The notes beneath the pieces are model-generated. The model worked only from the letters and a program-made list of their open reading frames with translations, searched no databases and was not told where the DNA came from. DNA of 64,000 nucleotides. Origin: Eledone cirrhosa. Its lineage: Eukaryota. The stretch spans positions 106,330,001-106,394,000 of the forward strand of contig OZ024740.1 of NCBI GenBank assembly GCA_964016885.1, in the 5' to 3' direction. The position numbers and the translations under genes are program-made. This document shows, in pieces, positions 23,301 through 38,300 of the stretch (its first letter is position 1; each line of letters opens with the position of its first letter).

Positions 23301-26300
23301 TAACAACTACCATCATGTCCAAGGCAGTGGTTTATAAGGTCACTCCTGCTAAATAACAACTACCATCATGCCCAAGGTATTGGTTTATAAAGTCACTCCT
23401 GCAAAATAACAACTACCATCATGTCCAAGGTAGTGGTTTATAAAGTCACTCCCGCTAAATAACAACTACCATCATGTCCAAGGTAGTGGTTTATAAGGTC
23501 ACTCCTGCTAAATAACAATTACCATAACGTCCAAGGTAGTGGTTTATAAGGTCACTCCTGCTAAATAACAAATACCATCATGTCCAAGGTAGTGGTTTAT
23601 AAGGTCACTCCTGCTAAAAAACAACTACCATGATGTCCAAGCCAGTGGTTTATAAGGTCACTCCTGCTAAATAACAACTACCATCATGTCCAAGGCAGTG
23701 GTTTATAAAGTCACTCCTGCTAAATAACAACTACCATCATGTCCAAGGCAGTGGTTTATAAAGTTACTCTTGCTAAATAACAACTACCATCATGTCCAAG
23801 GTAGTGGTTTATAAGGTCAACCCTGCAAATTAACAACTACAATCATGTCCAAGTTAGTTGTTTATAAGGTCACTCCTGCTAAATAACAACTACCATCATG
23901 CCCAAGGTAATGGTTTATAAAATCACTCCTGCTAAATAACAACTACCATCATGTCCAAGGTAGTGGTTTATAAAGTCACTCCCGCTAAATAACAACTACC
24001 ATATTGTCCAAGGTAGTGGTTTATAAGGTTACTTCTGCTAAATAACGACTACCATCATGTCCAAGGTAGAGGTTTATAAGGTCACTCCTGCTAAATAACA
24101 ACTACCATCATGTCCAAGGCAGTGTTTTATAAGGTCACTCCTGCTAAATAACAACTACCATCATGTCCAAGGTAGTGGTTTATAAAGTCACTCCCGCTAA
24201 ATAACAACTAACATCATTCCAAGGTAGTGATTTATAAGGTCACTCCTGCTAAATAACAACTACCATCATGTCCAAGGTAGTGGTTTATAAAGTCACTCTT
24301 GCTAAATAACAACTACCATCATGTCCAACGTAGTGGTTTATAAGGTCAATCCTGCAAATTAACAACTGCCATCATGTCCAAGTTAGTGGTTTATAAGATC
24401 ACTCCTGCTAAATAACAACTACCATCATGTCCAAGGTAGTGGTTTATAAAGTCACTCCTGCTAAATAACAACTGCCATCATGTCCAAGGTAGTGGTTTAT
24501 AAGGTCACTCCTGCTAAATAACAACCACCATCATGTCCAAGGCAGTGGTTTATAAGGTCACTCCTGCTAAATAACAACTACCATCATGTCCAAGGCAGTG
24601 GTTTATAAAGTCACTTCTGCTAAATAACAACTACCATCATGTCCAAGCCAGTGGTTTATAAGGTCACTCCTGCTAAATAACAACTACCATCATGTCCAAG
24701 GCAGTGGTTTATAAGGTCACTCCTGCTAAATAACAACTACCATCATGCCCAAGGTAGTGGTTTATAAAGTCACTCCTGCTAAATAACAACTACCATCATG
24801 TCCAAGGTAGTGGTTTATAAAGTCACTCCCGCTAAATAACAACTACCATCTTGTCCAAGGTAGTGGTTTATAAGGTTACTTCTGCTAAATAACGACTACC
24901 ATCATGTCCAAGGTAGAGATTTATAAGGTCACTCCCGCTAAATAACAACTACCATCATTCCAAGGTAGTGATTTATAAGGTCACTCCTGCTAAATAACAA
25001 CTACCATCATGTCCAAGGTAGTGGTTTATAAAGTCACTCCCGCTAAATAACAACTACCATCTTGTCCAAGGTAGTGGTTTATAAGGTCACTCCTGCTAAA
25101 TAACGACTACCATCATGTCCAAGGTAGTGGTTTATAAGGTCACTCCTGCTAAATAACAACTACCATCATGTCCAAGGCAGTGGTTTATAAGATCACTCCT
25201 GCTAAATAACAACTACCATCATGTCCAAGTTAGTGGTTTATAAGATCACTCCTGCTAAATAACAAATACCATCATGTCCAAGGCAGTGGTTTATAAGGTC
25301 ACTCCTGCTAAATAACAACTACCAGTATGTCCAAGGCAGTGGTTTATAAGGTCACTCCTGCTAAATAACAACCACCATCATGTCCAAGGCAGTGGTTTAT
25401 AAAGTGACTCTTGCTATATAACAACTACCATCATGTCCAAGGTAGTGGTTTATAAGGTCACTCATGCTAAATAACGACTACCATCATGTCCAAGGTAGTG
25501 GTTTATAAGGTCACTCCTGCTAAATAACAACTACCATCATGTCCAAGGCAGTGTTTTATAAGGTCACTCCTGCTAAATAACAGATACAATCATGCCCAAG
25601 GTAGTGGTTTATAAAGTCACTTCTGCTAAATAACAATTAACATCATGTCCAAGGCAGTGGTTTATAAGGTCACTCCTGCTAAATAACAACTACCATCATG
25701 TCCAAGACAGTGGTTTATAAGGTCACTCCTGCTAAATAACAACTACCATCATGTCCAAGGTAGTGGTTTATAAAGTCACTCCCGCTAAATAACAACTACC
25801 ATCTTGTCCAAGGTAGTGGTTTATAAGGTTACTCCTGCTAAATAACGACTACCATCATGTCCAAGGCAGTGGTTTATAAGGTCACTGCTGCTAAATAACA
25901 ACTACCATCATGTCCAAGGTAGTGGTTTATAAAGTCACTCCCGCTAAATAACAACTACCATCTTGTCCAAGGTAGTGGTTTATAAGGTTACTCCTGCTAA
26001 ATAACGACTACCATCATGTCCAAGGTAGTGGTTTATAAGGTCAATCCTGCTAATTAACAACTGCCATCATGTCCAAGTTAGTGGTTTATAAGATCACTCC
26101 TGCTAAATAACTACTACCATCATGTCCAAGGCAGTGGTTTATAAAGTCACTCCTGCTAAATAACAACTACCATCATGTCCAAGGTAGTGGTTTATAAGGT
26201 CACTCCTGCTAAATAACAACTACCATCATGTCCAAGTCAGTGGTTTATAAGGTCACTCCTGCTAAATAACAACTACCATCATGCCCAAGGTAGTGGTTTA

Positions 26301-29300
26301 TAAAGTCACTCCTACTAAATAACAACTACCATCATGTCCAAGGTAGTGGTTTATAAAGTCACTCCCGCTAAATAACAACTACCATCTTGTCCAAGGTAGT
26401 GGTTTATAAGGTTACTCCTGCTAAATAACGACTACCATCATGTCCAAGGTAGTGGTTTATAAGGTCACTCCTGCTAAATAACAACTACCATCATGTCCAA
26501 GGTAGTGGTTTATAAAGTCACTCCCGCTAAATAGCAACTACCATCTTGTCCAAGGTAGTGGTTTATAAGGTTACTTCTGCTAAATAACGACTACCATAAT
26601 GTCCAAGGTAGTGGTTTATAAGGTCACTCCTGCTAAATAACAACTACCATCATGTCCAAGGCAGTGGTTTATAAGATCACTCCTGCTAAATAACAGCTAC
26701 AATCATGCCCAAGGTAGTGGTTTATAAAGTCACTTCTGCTAAATAACAGCTAACATCATGTCCAAGGCAGTGGTTTATAAGGTCACTCCTGCTAAATAAC
26801 AACTACCATCATGTCCAAGGCAGTGGTTTATAAGGTCACTCCTGCTAAATAACAACTACCATCATGCCCAAGGTGGTGGTTTATAAAGTCACTCCTACTA
26901 AATAACAACTACCATCATGTCCAAGGTAGTGGTTTATAAAGTCACTCCCGCTAAATAACAACTACCATCTTTTCCAAGGTAGTGGTTTATAAGGTTACTC
27001 CTGCTAAATAACGACTACCATCATGTCCAAGGTAGTGGTTTATAAGGTCAATCCTGCTAAATAACAACTACCATCATGTCCAAGGCAGTGGTTTATAAGG
27101 TCACTCCTGCTAAATAACAACTACCATCATGTCCAAGGCAGTGGTTTATAAGGTCACTCCTGCTAAATAACAACTACCATCATGTCCAAGGCAGTGGTTT
27201 ATAAGGTTACTCCTGCTAAATAACAATTACCATCATGGCCAAGGTAGTGGTTTATAAAGTCACTCCTGCTAAATAACAACTACCATCATTTCCAAGGTAG
27301 TGGTTTATAAAGTCACTCCCGCTAAATAACAACTACCATCATTCTAAGGTAGTGATTTATAAGGTTACTCCTGCTAAATAACAACTACCATCATGTCCAA
27401 GGTAGTAGTTTATAAAGTCACTCCCGCTAAATAACAACTACCATCTTATCCAAGGTAGTGGTTTATAAGGTTACTCCTGCTAAATAACGACTACCATCAT
27501 GTCCAAGGTAGTGGTTTATAAGGTCACTCCTGCTAAATAACAACTACCATCATGTCCAAGGCAGTGTTTTATAAGGTCACTCCTGCTAAATAACAACTAC
27601 CATCATGTCCAAGGCAGTGGTTTATAAGGTCACTCCTGCTAAATAACAACTACCAGTATGTCCAAGGCAGTGGTTTATTAGGACACTCCTGCTAAATAAC
27701 AACTACCATGATGTCCAAGGCAGTGGTTTATAAAGTCACTTCTGCTAAATAACAACTACCATCATGTCCAAGGCAGTGGTTAATTAGGTCACTCCTGCTA
27801 AATAACAACTACCATAATGTCCAAGGCAGTGGTTTATAAAGTCACTTCTGCTAAATAACAACTACCATCATGTCCAAGGCAGTGGTTTATAAGGTTACTC
27901 CTGCTAAATAACGACTACCATCATGTCCAAGGTAGTGGTTTATAAGGTCACTCCTGCTAAATAACAACTACTATCATGTCCAAGGCAGTGTTTTATAAGG
28001 TCACTCCTGCTAAATAACAACTACCATCATGTCCAAGGCAGTGGTTTATAAGGTCACTCCTGCTAAATAACAACTACCAGTATGTCCAAGGCAGTCGTTT
28101 ATAAGGTCACTCCTGCTAAATAACAACTACCATCATGTCCAAGGCAGTGGTTTATAAAGTCACTCTTGCTAAATAACAACTACCATCATGTCCAAGGTAG
28201 TGGTTTATAAGGTCAATCCTGCTAAATAACAACTACCATCATGTCCAAGTTAGTGGTTTATAAGATCACTCCTGCTAAATAACAACTACCATCATGTCCA
28301 AGGCAGTGGATTATAAAGTCACTCCTGCTAAATAACTACTACCATCATGTCCAAGGTAGTGGTTTATAAGGTCACTCCTGCTAAATAACAACTAACATCA
28401 TGTCCAAGGTAGTGGTTTATAAGGTCACACCTGCTAAATAACAACTACCAACATGTCCAAGGCAATGTTTTATAAGGTCACTCCTGCTAAATAACAACTA
28501 CCATGATGTCCAAGGCAGTGGTTTATAAGGTCACTCCTGCTAAATAACAACTACCATCATGCCCAAGGTGGTGGTTTATAAAGTCACTCCTACTAAATAA
28601 CAACTACCATCATGTCCAAGGTAGTGGTTTATAAAGTCACTCCCGCTAAATAACAACTACCATCTTGTCCAAGGTAGTGGTTTATAAGGTTACTCCTGCT
28701 AAATAACGACTACCATCATGTCCAAGGTAGTGGTTTATAAGGTCACTCCTGCTAAATAACAACTACCATCATGTCCAAGGCAGTGGTTTATAAGGTCACT
28801 CCTGCTAAATAACAACTACCATCATGTCCAAGGCAGTGGTTTATAAGGTTACTCCTGCTAAATAACAATTACCATCATGGCCAAGGTAGTGGTTTATAAA
28901 GTCACTCCTGCTAAATAACAACTACCATCATTTCCAAGGTAGTGGTTTATAAAGTCACTCCCGCTAAATAACAACTACCATCATTCCAAGGTAGTGATTT
29001 ATAAGGTCACTCCTGCTAAATAACAACTACCATCATGTCCAAGGTAGTGGTTTATAAAGTCACTCCCGCTAAATAACAACTACCATCTTGTCCAAGGTAG
29101 TGGTTTATAAGGTTACTCCTGCTAAATAACGACTACCATCATGTCCAAGGTAGTGGTTTATAAGGTCACTCCTGCTAAATAACAACTACCATCATGTCCA
29201 AGGCAGTGTTTTATAAGGTCACTCCTGCTAAATAACAACTACCATCATGTCCAAGGCAGTGGTTTATAAGGTCACTCCTGCTAAATAACAACTACCAGTA

Positions 29301-32300
29301 TGTCCAAGGCAGTGGTTTATTAGGACACTCCTGCTAAATAACAACTACCATCATGTCCAAGGCAGTGGTTTATAAAGTCACTCTTGCTAAATAAAAACTA
29401 CCATCATGTCCAAGGCAGTGGTTTATAAGGTCACTCCTGGTAAATAACAACTACCATCATGTCCAAGGTAGTGGTTTATAAGGTCAATCCTGCTAATTAA
29501 CAACTGCCATCATGTCCAAGTTAGTGGTTTATAAGATCACTCCTGCTAAATAACTACTACCATCATGTCCAAGGCAGTGGTTTATAAAGTCACTCCTGCT
29601 AAATAACAACTACCATCATGTCCAAGGTAGTGGTTTATAAGGTCACTCCTGCTAAATAACAACTACAATCATGCCCAAGGTAGTGGTTTATAAAGTCACT
29701 TCTGATAAATAACAACTAACATCATGTCCTAAGGCAGTGGTATATAAGGTCACTCCTGCTAAATAACAACTACCATCATGTCCAAGGCAGTGGTTTATAA
29801 GGTCACTCCTGCTAAATAACAACTACCATCATGCTCAAGGTAGTGGTTTATAAAGTCACTCCCGCTAAATAACAACTACCATATTGTCCAAGGTAGTGGT
29901 TTATAAGGTTACTTCTGCTAAATAACGACTACCATCATGTCCAAGGTAGAGGTTTATAAGGTCACTCCTGCTAAATAACAACTACCATCATGTCCAAGGC
30001 AGTGTTTTATAAGGTCACTCCTGCTAAATAACAACTACCATCATGTCCAAGGTAGTGGTTTATAAAGTCACTCCCGCTAAATAACAACTAACATCATTCC
30101 AAGGTAGTGATTTATAAGGTCACTCCTGCTAAATAACAACTACCATCATGTCCAAGGTAGTGGTTTATAAAGTCACTCTTGCTAAATAACAACTACCATC
30201 ATGTCCAAGATAGTGGTTTATAAGGTCAATCCTGCAAATTAACAACTGCCATCATGTCCAAGTTAGTGGTTTATAAGATCACTCCTGCTAAATAACAACT
30301 ACCATCATGTCCAAGGTAGTGGTTTATAAAGTCACTCCTGCTAAATAACAACTGCCATCATGTCCAAGGTAGTGGTTTATAAGGTCACTCCTGCTAAATA
30401 ACAACCACCATCATGTCCAAGGCAGTGGTTTATAAGGTCACTCCTGCTAAATAACAACTACCATCATGTCCAAGGCAGTGGTTTATAAGGTCACTCCTGC
30501 TAAATAACAACTACCATCATGTCCAAGGTAGTGGTTTATAAAGTCACTCCCGCTAAATAACAACTACCATCTTGTCCAAGGTAGTGGTTTATAAGGTTAC
30601 TTCTGCTAAATAACGACTACCATCATGTCCAAGGCAGAGATTTATAAGGTCACTCCCGCTAAATAACAACTACCATCATTCCAAGGTAGTGATTTATAAG
30701 GTCACTCCTGCTAAATAACAACTACCATCATGTCCAAGGTAGTGGTTTATAAAGTCACTCCCGCTAAATAACAACTACCATCTTGTCCAAGGTAGTGGTT
30801 TATAAGGTCACTCCTGCTAAATAACGACTACCATCATGTCCAAGGTAGTGGTTTATAAGGTCACTCCTGCTAAATAACAACTACCATCATGTCCAAGGCA
30901 GTGGTTTATAAGATCACTCCTGCTAAATAACAACTACCATCATGTCCAAGTTAGTGGTTTATAAGATCACTCCTGCTAAATAACAAATACCATCATGTCC
31001 AAGGCAGTGGTTTATAAGGTCACTCCTGCTAAATAACAACTACCAGTATGTCCAAGGCAGTGGTTTATAAGGTCACTCCTGCTAAATAACAACCACCATC
31101 ATGTCCAAGGCAGTGGTTTATAAAGTGACTCTTGCTATATAACAACTACCATCATGTCCAAGGTAGTGGTTTATAAGGTCACTCATGCTAAATAACGACT
31201 ACCATCATGTCCAAGGTAGTGGTTTATAAGGTCACTCCTGCTAAATAACAACTACCATCATGTCCAAGGCAGTGTTTTATAAGGTCACTCCTGCTAAATA
31301 ACAGATACAATCATGCCCAAGGTAGTGGTTTATAAAGTCACTTCTGCTAAATAACAATTAACATCATGTCCAAGGCAGTGGTTTATAAGGTCACTCCTGC
31401 TAAATAACAACTACCATCATGTCCAAGGCAGTGGTTTATAAGGTCACTCCTGCTAAATAACAACTACCATCATGCCCAAGGTGGTGGTTTATAAAGTCAC
31501 TCCTACTAAATAACAACTACCATCATGTCCAAGGTAGTGGTTTATAAAGTCACTCCCGCTAAATAACAACTACCATCTTGTCCAAGGTAGTGGTTTATAA
31601 GGTTACTCCTGCTAAATAACGACTACCATCATGTCCAAGGCAGTGGTTTATAAGGTCACTGCTGCTAAATAACAACTACCATCATGTCCAAGGTAGTGGT
31701 TTATAAGGTCAATCCTGCTAATTAACAACTGCCATCATGTCCAAGTTAGTGGTTTATAAGATCACTCCTGCTAAATAACTACTACCATCATGTCCAAGGC
31801 AGTGGTTTATAAAGTCACTCCTGCTAAATAACAACTACCATCATGTCCATGGTAGTGGTTTATAAGGTCACTCCTGCTAAATAACAACTACTATCATGTC
31901 CAAGTCAGTGGTTTATAAGGTCACTCCTGCTAAATAACAACTACCATCATGCCCAAGGTAGTGGTTTATAAAGTCACTCCTACTAAATAACAACTACCAT
32001 CATGTCCAAGGTAGTGGTTTATAAAGTCACTCCCGCTAAATAACAACTACCATCTTGTCCAAGGTAGTGGTTTATAAGGTTACTCCTGCTAAATAACGAC
32101 TACCATCATGTCCAAGGTAGTGGTTTATAAGGTCACTCCTGCTAAATAACAACTACCATCATGTCCAAGGTAGTGGTTTATAAAGTCACTCCCGCTAAAT
32201 AACAACTACCATCTTGTCCAAGGTAGTGGTTTATAAGGTTACTTCTGCTAAATAACGACTACCATAATGTCCAAGGTAGTGGTTTATAAGGTCACTCCTG

Positions 32301-35300
32301 CTAAATAACAACTACCATCATGTCCAAGGCAGTGGTTTATAAGATCACTCCTGCTAAATAACAGCTAGAATCATGCCCAAGGTAGTGGTTTATAAAGTCA
32401 CTTCTGCTAAATAACAGCTAACATCATGTCCAAGGCAGTGGTTTATAAGGTCACTCCTGCTAAATAACAACTACCATCATGTCCAAGACAGTGGTTTATA
32501 AGGTCACTCCTGCTAAATAACAACTACCATCATGTCCAAGGTAGTGGTTTATAAAGTCACTCCCGCTAAATAACAACTACCATCTTGTCCAAGGTAGTGG
32601 TTTATAAGGTTACTCCTGCTAAATAACGACTACCATCATGTCCAAGGCAGTGGTTTATAAGGTCACTGCTGCTAAATAACAACTACCATCATGTCCAAGG
32701 TAGTGGTTTATAAGGTCAATCCTGCTAATTAACAACTGCCATCATGTCCAAGTTAGTGGTTTATAAGATCACTCCTGCTAAATAACTACTACCATCATGT
32801 CCAAGGCAGTGGTTTATAAAGTCACTCCTGCTAAATAACAACTACCATCATGTCCAAGGTAGTGGTTTATAAGGTCACTCCTGCTAAATAACAACTACCA
32901 TCATGTCCAAGTCAGTGGTTTATAAGGTCACTCCTGCTAAATAACAACTACCATCATGCCCAAGGTAGTGGTTTATAAAGTCACTCCTACTAAATAACAA
33001 CTACCATCATGTCCAAGGTAGTGGTTTATAAAGTCACTCCCGCTAAATAACAACTACCATCTTGTCCAAGGTAGTGGTTTATAAGGTTACTCCTGCTAAA
33101 TAACGACTACCATCATGTCCAAGGTAGTGGTTTATAAGGTCACTCCTGCTAAATAACAACTACCATCATGTCCAAGGTAGTGGTTTATAAAGTCACTCCC
33201 GCTAAATAGCAACTACCATCTTGTCCAAGGTAGTGGTTTATAAGGTTACTTCTGCTAAATAACGACTACCATAATGTCCAAGGTAGTGGTTTATAAGGTC
33301 ACTCCTGCTAAATAACAACTACCATCATGTCCAAGGCAGTGGTTTATAAGATCACTCCTGCTAAATAACAGCTACAATCATGCCCAAGGTAGTGGTTTAT
33401 AAAGTCACTTCTGCTAAATAACAGCTAACATCATGTCCAAGGCAGTGGTTTATAAGGTCACTCCTGCTAAATAACAACTACCATCATGTCCAAGGCAGTG
33501 GTTTATAAGGTCACTCCTGCTAAATAACAACTACCATCATGCCCAAGGTGGTGGTTTATAAAGTCACTCCTACTAAATAACAACTACCATCATGTCCAAG
33601 GTAGTGGTTTATAAAGTCACTCCCGCTAAATAACAACTACCATCTTTTCCAAGGTAGTGGTTTATAAGGTTACTCCTGCTAAATAACGACTACCATCATG
33701 TCCAAGGTAGTGGTTTATAAGGTCAATCCTGCTAAATAACAACTACCATCATGTCCAAGGCAGTGGTTTATAAGGTCACTCCTGCTAAATAACAACTACC
33801 ATCATGTCCAAGGCAGTGGTTTATAAGGTCACTCCTGCTAAATAACAACTACCATCATGTCCAAGGCAGTGGTTTATAAGGTTACTCCTGCTAAATAACA
33901 ATCACCATCATGGCCAAGGTAGTGGTTTATAAAGTCACTCCTGCTAAATAACAACTACCATCATTTCCAAGGTAGTGGTTTATAAAGTCACTCCCGCTAA
34001 ATAACAACTACCATCATTCTAAGGTAGTGATTTATAAGGTTACTCCTGCTAAATAACAACTACCATCATGTCCAAGGTAGTAGTTTATAAAGTCACTCCC
34101 GCTAAATAACAACTACCATCTTATCCAAGGTAGTGGTTTATAAGGTTACTCCTGCTAAATAACGACTACCATCATGTCCAAGGTAGTGGTTTATAAGGTC
34201 ACTCCTGCTAAATAACAACTACCATCATGTCCAAGGCAGTGTTTTATAAGGTCACTCCTGCTAAATAACAACTACCATCATGTCCAAGGCAGTGGTTTAT
34301 AAGGTCACTCCTGCTAAATAACAACTACCAGTATGTCCAAGGCAGTGGTTTATTAGGACACTCCTGCTAAATAACAACTACCATGATGTCCAAGGCAGTG
34401 GTTTATAAAGTCACTTCTGCTAAATAACAACTACCATCATGTCCAAGGCAGTGGTTAATTAGGTCACTCCTGCTAAATAACAACTACCATAATGTCCAAG
34501 GCAGTGGTTTATAAAGTCACTTCTGCTAAATAACAACTACCATCATGTCCAAGGCAGTGGTTTATAAGGTTACTCCTGCTAAATAACGACTACCATCATG
34601 TCCAAGGTAGTGGTTTATAAGGTCAATCCTGCTAATTAACAACTGCCATCATGTCCAAGTTAGTGGTTTATAAGATCACTCCTGCTAAATAACTACTACC
34701 ATCATGTCCAAGGCAGTGGTTTATAAAGTCACTCCTGCTAAATAACAACTACCATCATGTCCAAGGTAGTGGTTTATAAGGTCACTCCTGCTAAATAACA
34801 ACTACCATCATGTCCAAGTCAGTGGTTTATAAGGTCACTCCTGCTAAATAACAACTACCATCATGCCCAAGGTAGTGGTTTATAAAGTCACTCCTACTAA
34901 ATAACAACTACCATCATGTCCAAGGTAGTGGTTTATAAAGTCACTCCCGCTAAATAACAACTACCATCTTGTCCAAGGTAGTGGTTTATAAGGTTACTCC
35001 TGCTAAATAACGACTACCATCATGTCCAAGGTAGTGGTTTATAAGGTCACTCCTGCTAAATAACAACTACCATCATGTCCAAGGTAGTGGTTTATAAAGT
35101 CACTCCCGCTAAATAGCAACTACCATCTTGTCCAAGGTAGTGGTTTATAAGGTTACTTCTGCTAAATAACGACTACCATAATGTCCAAGGTAGTGGTTTA
35201 TAAGGTCACTCCTGCTAAATAACAACTACCATCATGTCCAAGGCAGTGGTTTATAAGATCACTCCTGCTAAATAACAGCTACAATCATGCCCAAGGTAGT

Positions 35301-38300
35301 GGTTTATAAAGTCACTTCTGCTAAATAACAGCTAACATCATGTCCAAGGCAGTGGTTTATAAGGTCACTCCTGCTAAATAACAACTACCATCATGTCCAA
35401 GGCAGTGGTTTATAAGGTCACTCCTGCTAAATAACAACTACCATCATGCCCAAGGTGGTGGTTTATAAAGTCACTCCTACTAAATAACAACTACCATCAT
35501 GTCCAAGGTAGTGGTTTATAAAGTCACTCCCGCTAAATAACAACTACCATCTTTTCCAAGGTAGTGGTTTATAAGGTTACTCCTGCTAAATAACGACTAC
35601 CATCATGTCCAAGGTAGTGGTTTATAAGGTCAATCCTGCTAAATAACAACTACCATCATGTCCAAGGCAGTGGTTTATAAGGTCACTCCTGCTAAATAAC
35701 AACTACCATCATGTCCAAGGCAGTGGTTTATAAGGTCACTCCTGCTAAATAACAACTACCATCATGTCCAAGGCAGTGGTTTATAAGGTTACTCCTGCTA
35801 AATAACAATTACCATCATGGCCAAGGTAGTGGTTTATAAAGTCACTCCTGCTAAATAACAACTACCATCATTTCCAAGGTAGTGGTTTATAAAGTCACTC
35901 CCGCTAAATAACAACTACCATCATTCTAAGGTAGTGATTTATAAGGTTACTCCTGCTAAATAACAACTACCATCATGTCCAAGGTAGTAGTTTATAAAGT
36001 CACTCCCGCTAAATAACAACTACCATCTTATCCAAGGTAGTGGTTTATAAGGTTACTCCTGCTAAATAACGACTACCATCATGTCCAAGGTAGTGGTTTA
36101 TAAGGTCACTCCTGCTAAATAACAACTACCATCATGTCCAAGGCAGTGTTTTATAAGGTCACTCCTGCTAAATAACAACTACCATCATGTCCAAGGCAGT
36201 GGTTTATAAGGTCACTCCTGCTAAATAACAACTACCAGTATGTCCAAGGCAGTGGTTTATTAGGACACTCCTGCTAAATAACAACTACCATGATGTCCAA
36301 GGCAGTGGTTTATAAAGTCACTTCTGCTAAATAACAACTACCATCATGTCCAAGGCAGTGGTTAATTAGGTCACTCCTGCTAAATAACAACTACCATAAT
36401 GTCCAAGGCAGTGGTTTATAAAGTCACTTCTGCTAAATAACAACTACCATCATGTCCAAGGCAGTGGTTTATAAGGTTACTCCTGCTAAATAACGACTAC
36501 CATCATGTCCAAGGTAGTGGTTTATAAGGTCACTCCTGCTAAATAACAACTACTATCATGTCCAAGGCAGTGTTTTATAAGGTCACTCCTGCTAAATAAC
36601 AACTACCATCATGTCCAAGGCAGTGGTTTATAAGGTCACTCCTGCTAAATAACAACTACCAGTATGTCCAAGGCAGTCGTTTATAAGGTCACTCCTGCTA
36701 AATAACAACTACCATCATGTCCAAGGCAGTGGTTTATAAAGTCACTCTTGCTAAATAACAACTACCATCATGTCCAAGGTAGTGGTTTATAAGGTCAATC
36801 CTGCTAAATAACAACTACCATCATGTCCAAGTTAGTGGTTTATAAGATCACTCCTGCTAAATAACAACTACCATCATGTCCAAGGCAGTGGATTATAAAG
36901 TCACTCCTGCTAAATAACTACTACCATCATGTCCAAGGTAGTGGTTTATAAGGTCACTCCTGCTAAATAACAACTAACATCATGTCCAAGGTAGTGGTTT
37001 ATAAGGTCACACCTGCTAAATAACAACTACCAACATGTCCAAGGCAATGTTTTATAAGGTCACTCCTGCTAAATAACAACTACCATGATGTCCAAGGCAG
37101 TGGTTTATAAGGTCACTCCTGCTAAATAACAACTACCATCATGCCCAAGGTGGTGGTTTATAAAGTCACTCCTACTAAATAACAACTACCATCATGTCCA
37201 AGGTAGTGGTTTATAAAGTCACTCCCGCTAAATAACAACTACCATCTTGTCCAAGGTAGTGGTTTATAAGGTTACTCCTGCTAAATAACGACTACCATCA
37301 TGTCCAAGGTAGTGGTTTATAAGGTCACTCCTGCTAAATAACAACTACCATCATGTCCAAGGCAGTGGTTTATAAGGTCACTCCTGCTAAATAACAACTA
37401 CCATCATGTCCAAGGCAGTGGTTTATAAGGTTACTCCTGCTAAATAACAATTACCATCATGGCCAAGGTAGTGGTTTATAAAGTCACTCCTGCTAAATAA
37501 CAACTACCATCATTTCCAAGGTAGTGGTTTATAAAGTCACTCCCGCTAAATAACAACTACCATCATTCCAAGGTAGTGATTTATAAGGTCACTCCTGCTA
37601 AATAACAACTACCATCATGTCCAAGGTAGTGGTTTATAAAGTCACTCCCGCTAAATAACAACTACCATCTTGTCCAAGGTAGTGGTTTATAAGGTTACTC
37701 CTGCTAAATAACGACTACCATCATGTCCAAGGTAGTGGTTTATAAGGTCACTCCTGCTAAATAACAACTACCATCATGTCCAAGGCAGTGTTTTATAAGG
37801 TCACTCCTGCTAAATAACAACTACCATCATGTCCAAGGCAGTGGTTTATAAGGTCACTCCTGCTAAATAACAACTACCAGTATGTCCAAGGCAGTGGTTT
37901 ATTAGGACACTCCTGCTAAATAACAACTACCATCATGTCCAAGGCAGTGGTTTATAAAGTCACTCTTGCTAAATAAAAACTACCATCATGTCCAAGGCAG
38001 TGGTTTATAAGGTCACTCCTGGTAAATAACAACTACCATCATGTCCAAGGTAGTGGTTTATAAGGTCAATCCTGCTAATTAACAACTGCCATCATGTCCA
38101 AGTTAGTGGTTTATAAGATCACTCCTGCTAAATAACTACTACCATCATGTCCAAGGCAGTGGTTTATAAAGTCACTCCTGCTAAATAACAACTACCATCA
38201 TGTCCAAGGTAGTGGTTTATAAGGTCACTCCTGCTAAATAACAACTACAATCATGCCCAAGGTAGTGGTTTATAAAGTCACTTCTGATAAATAACAACTA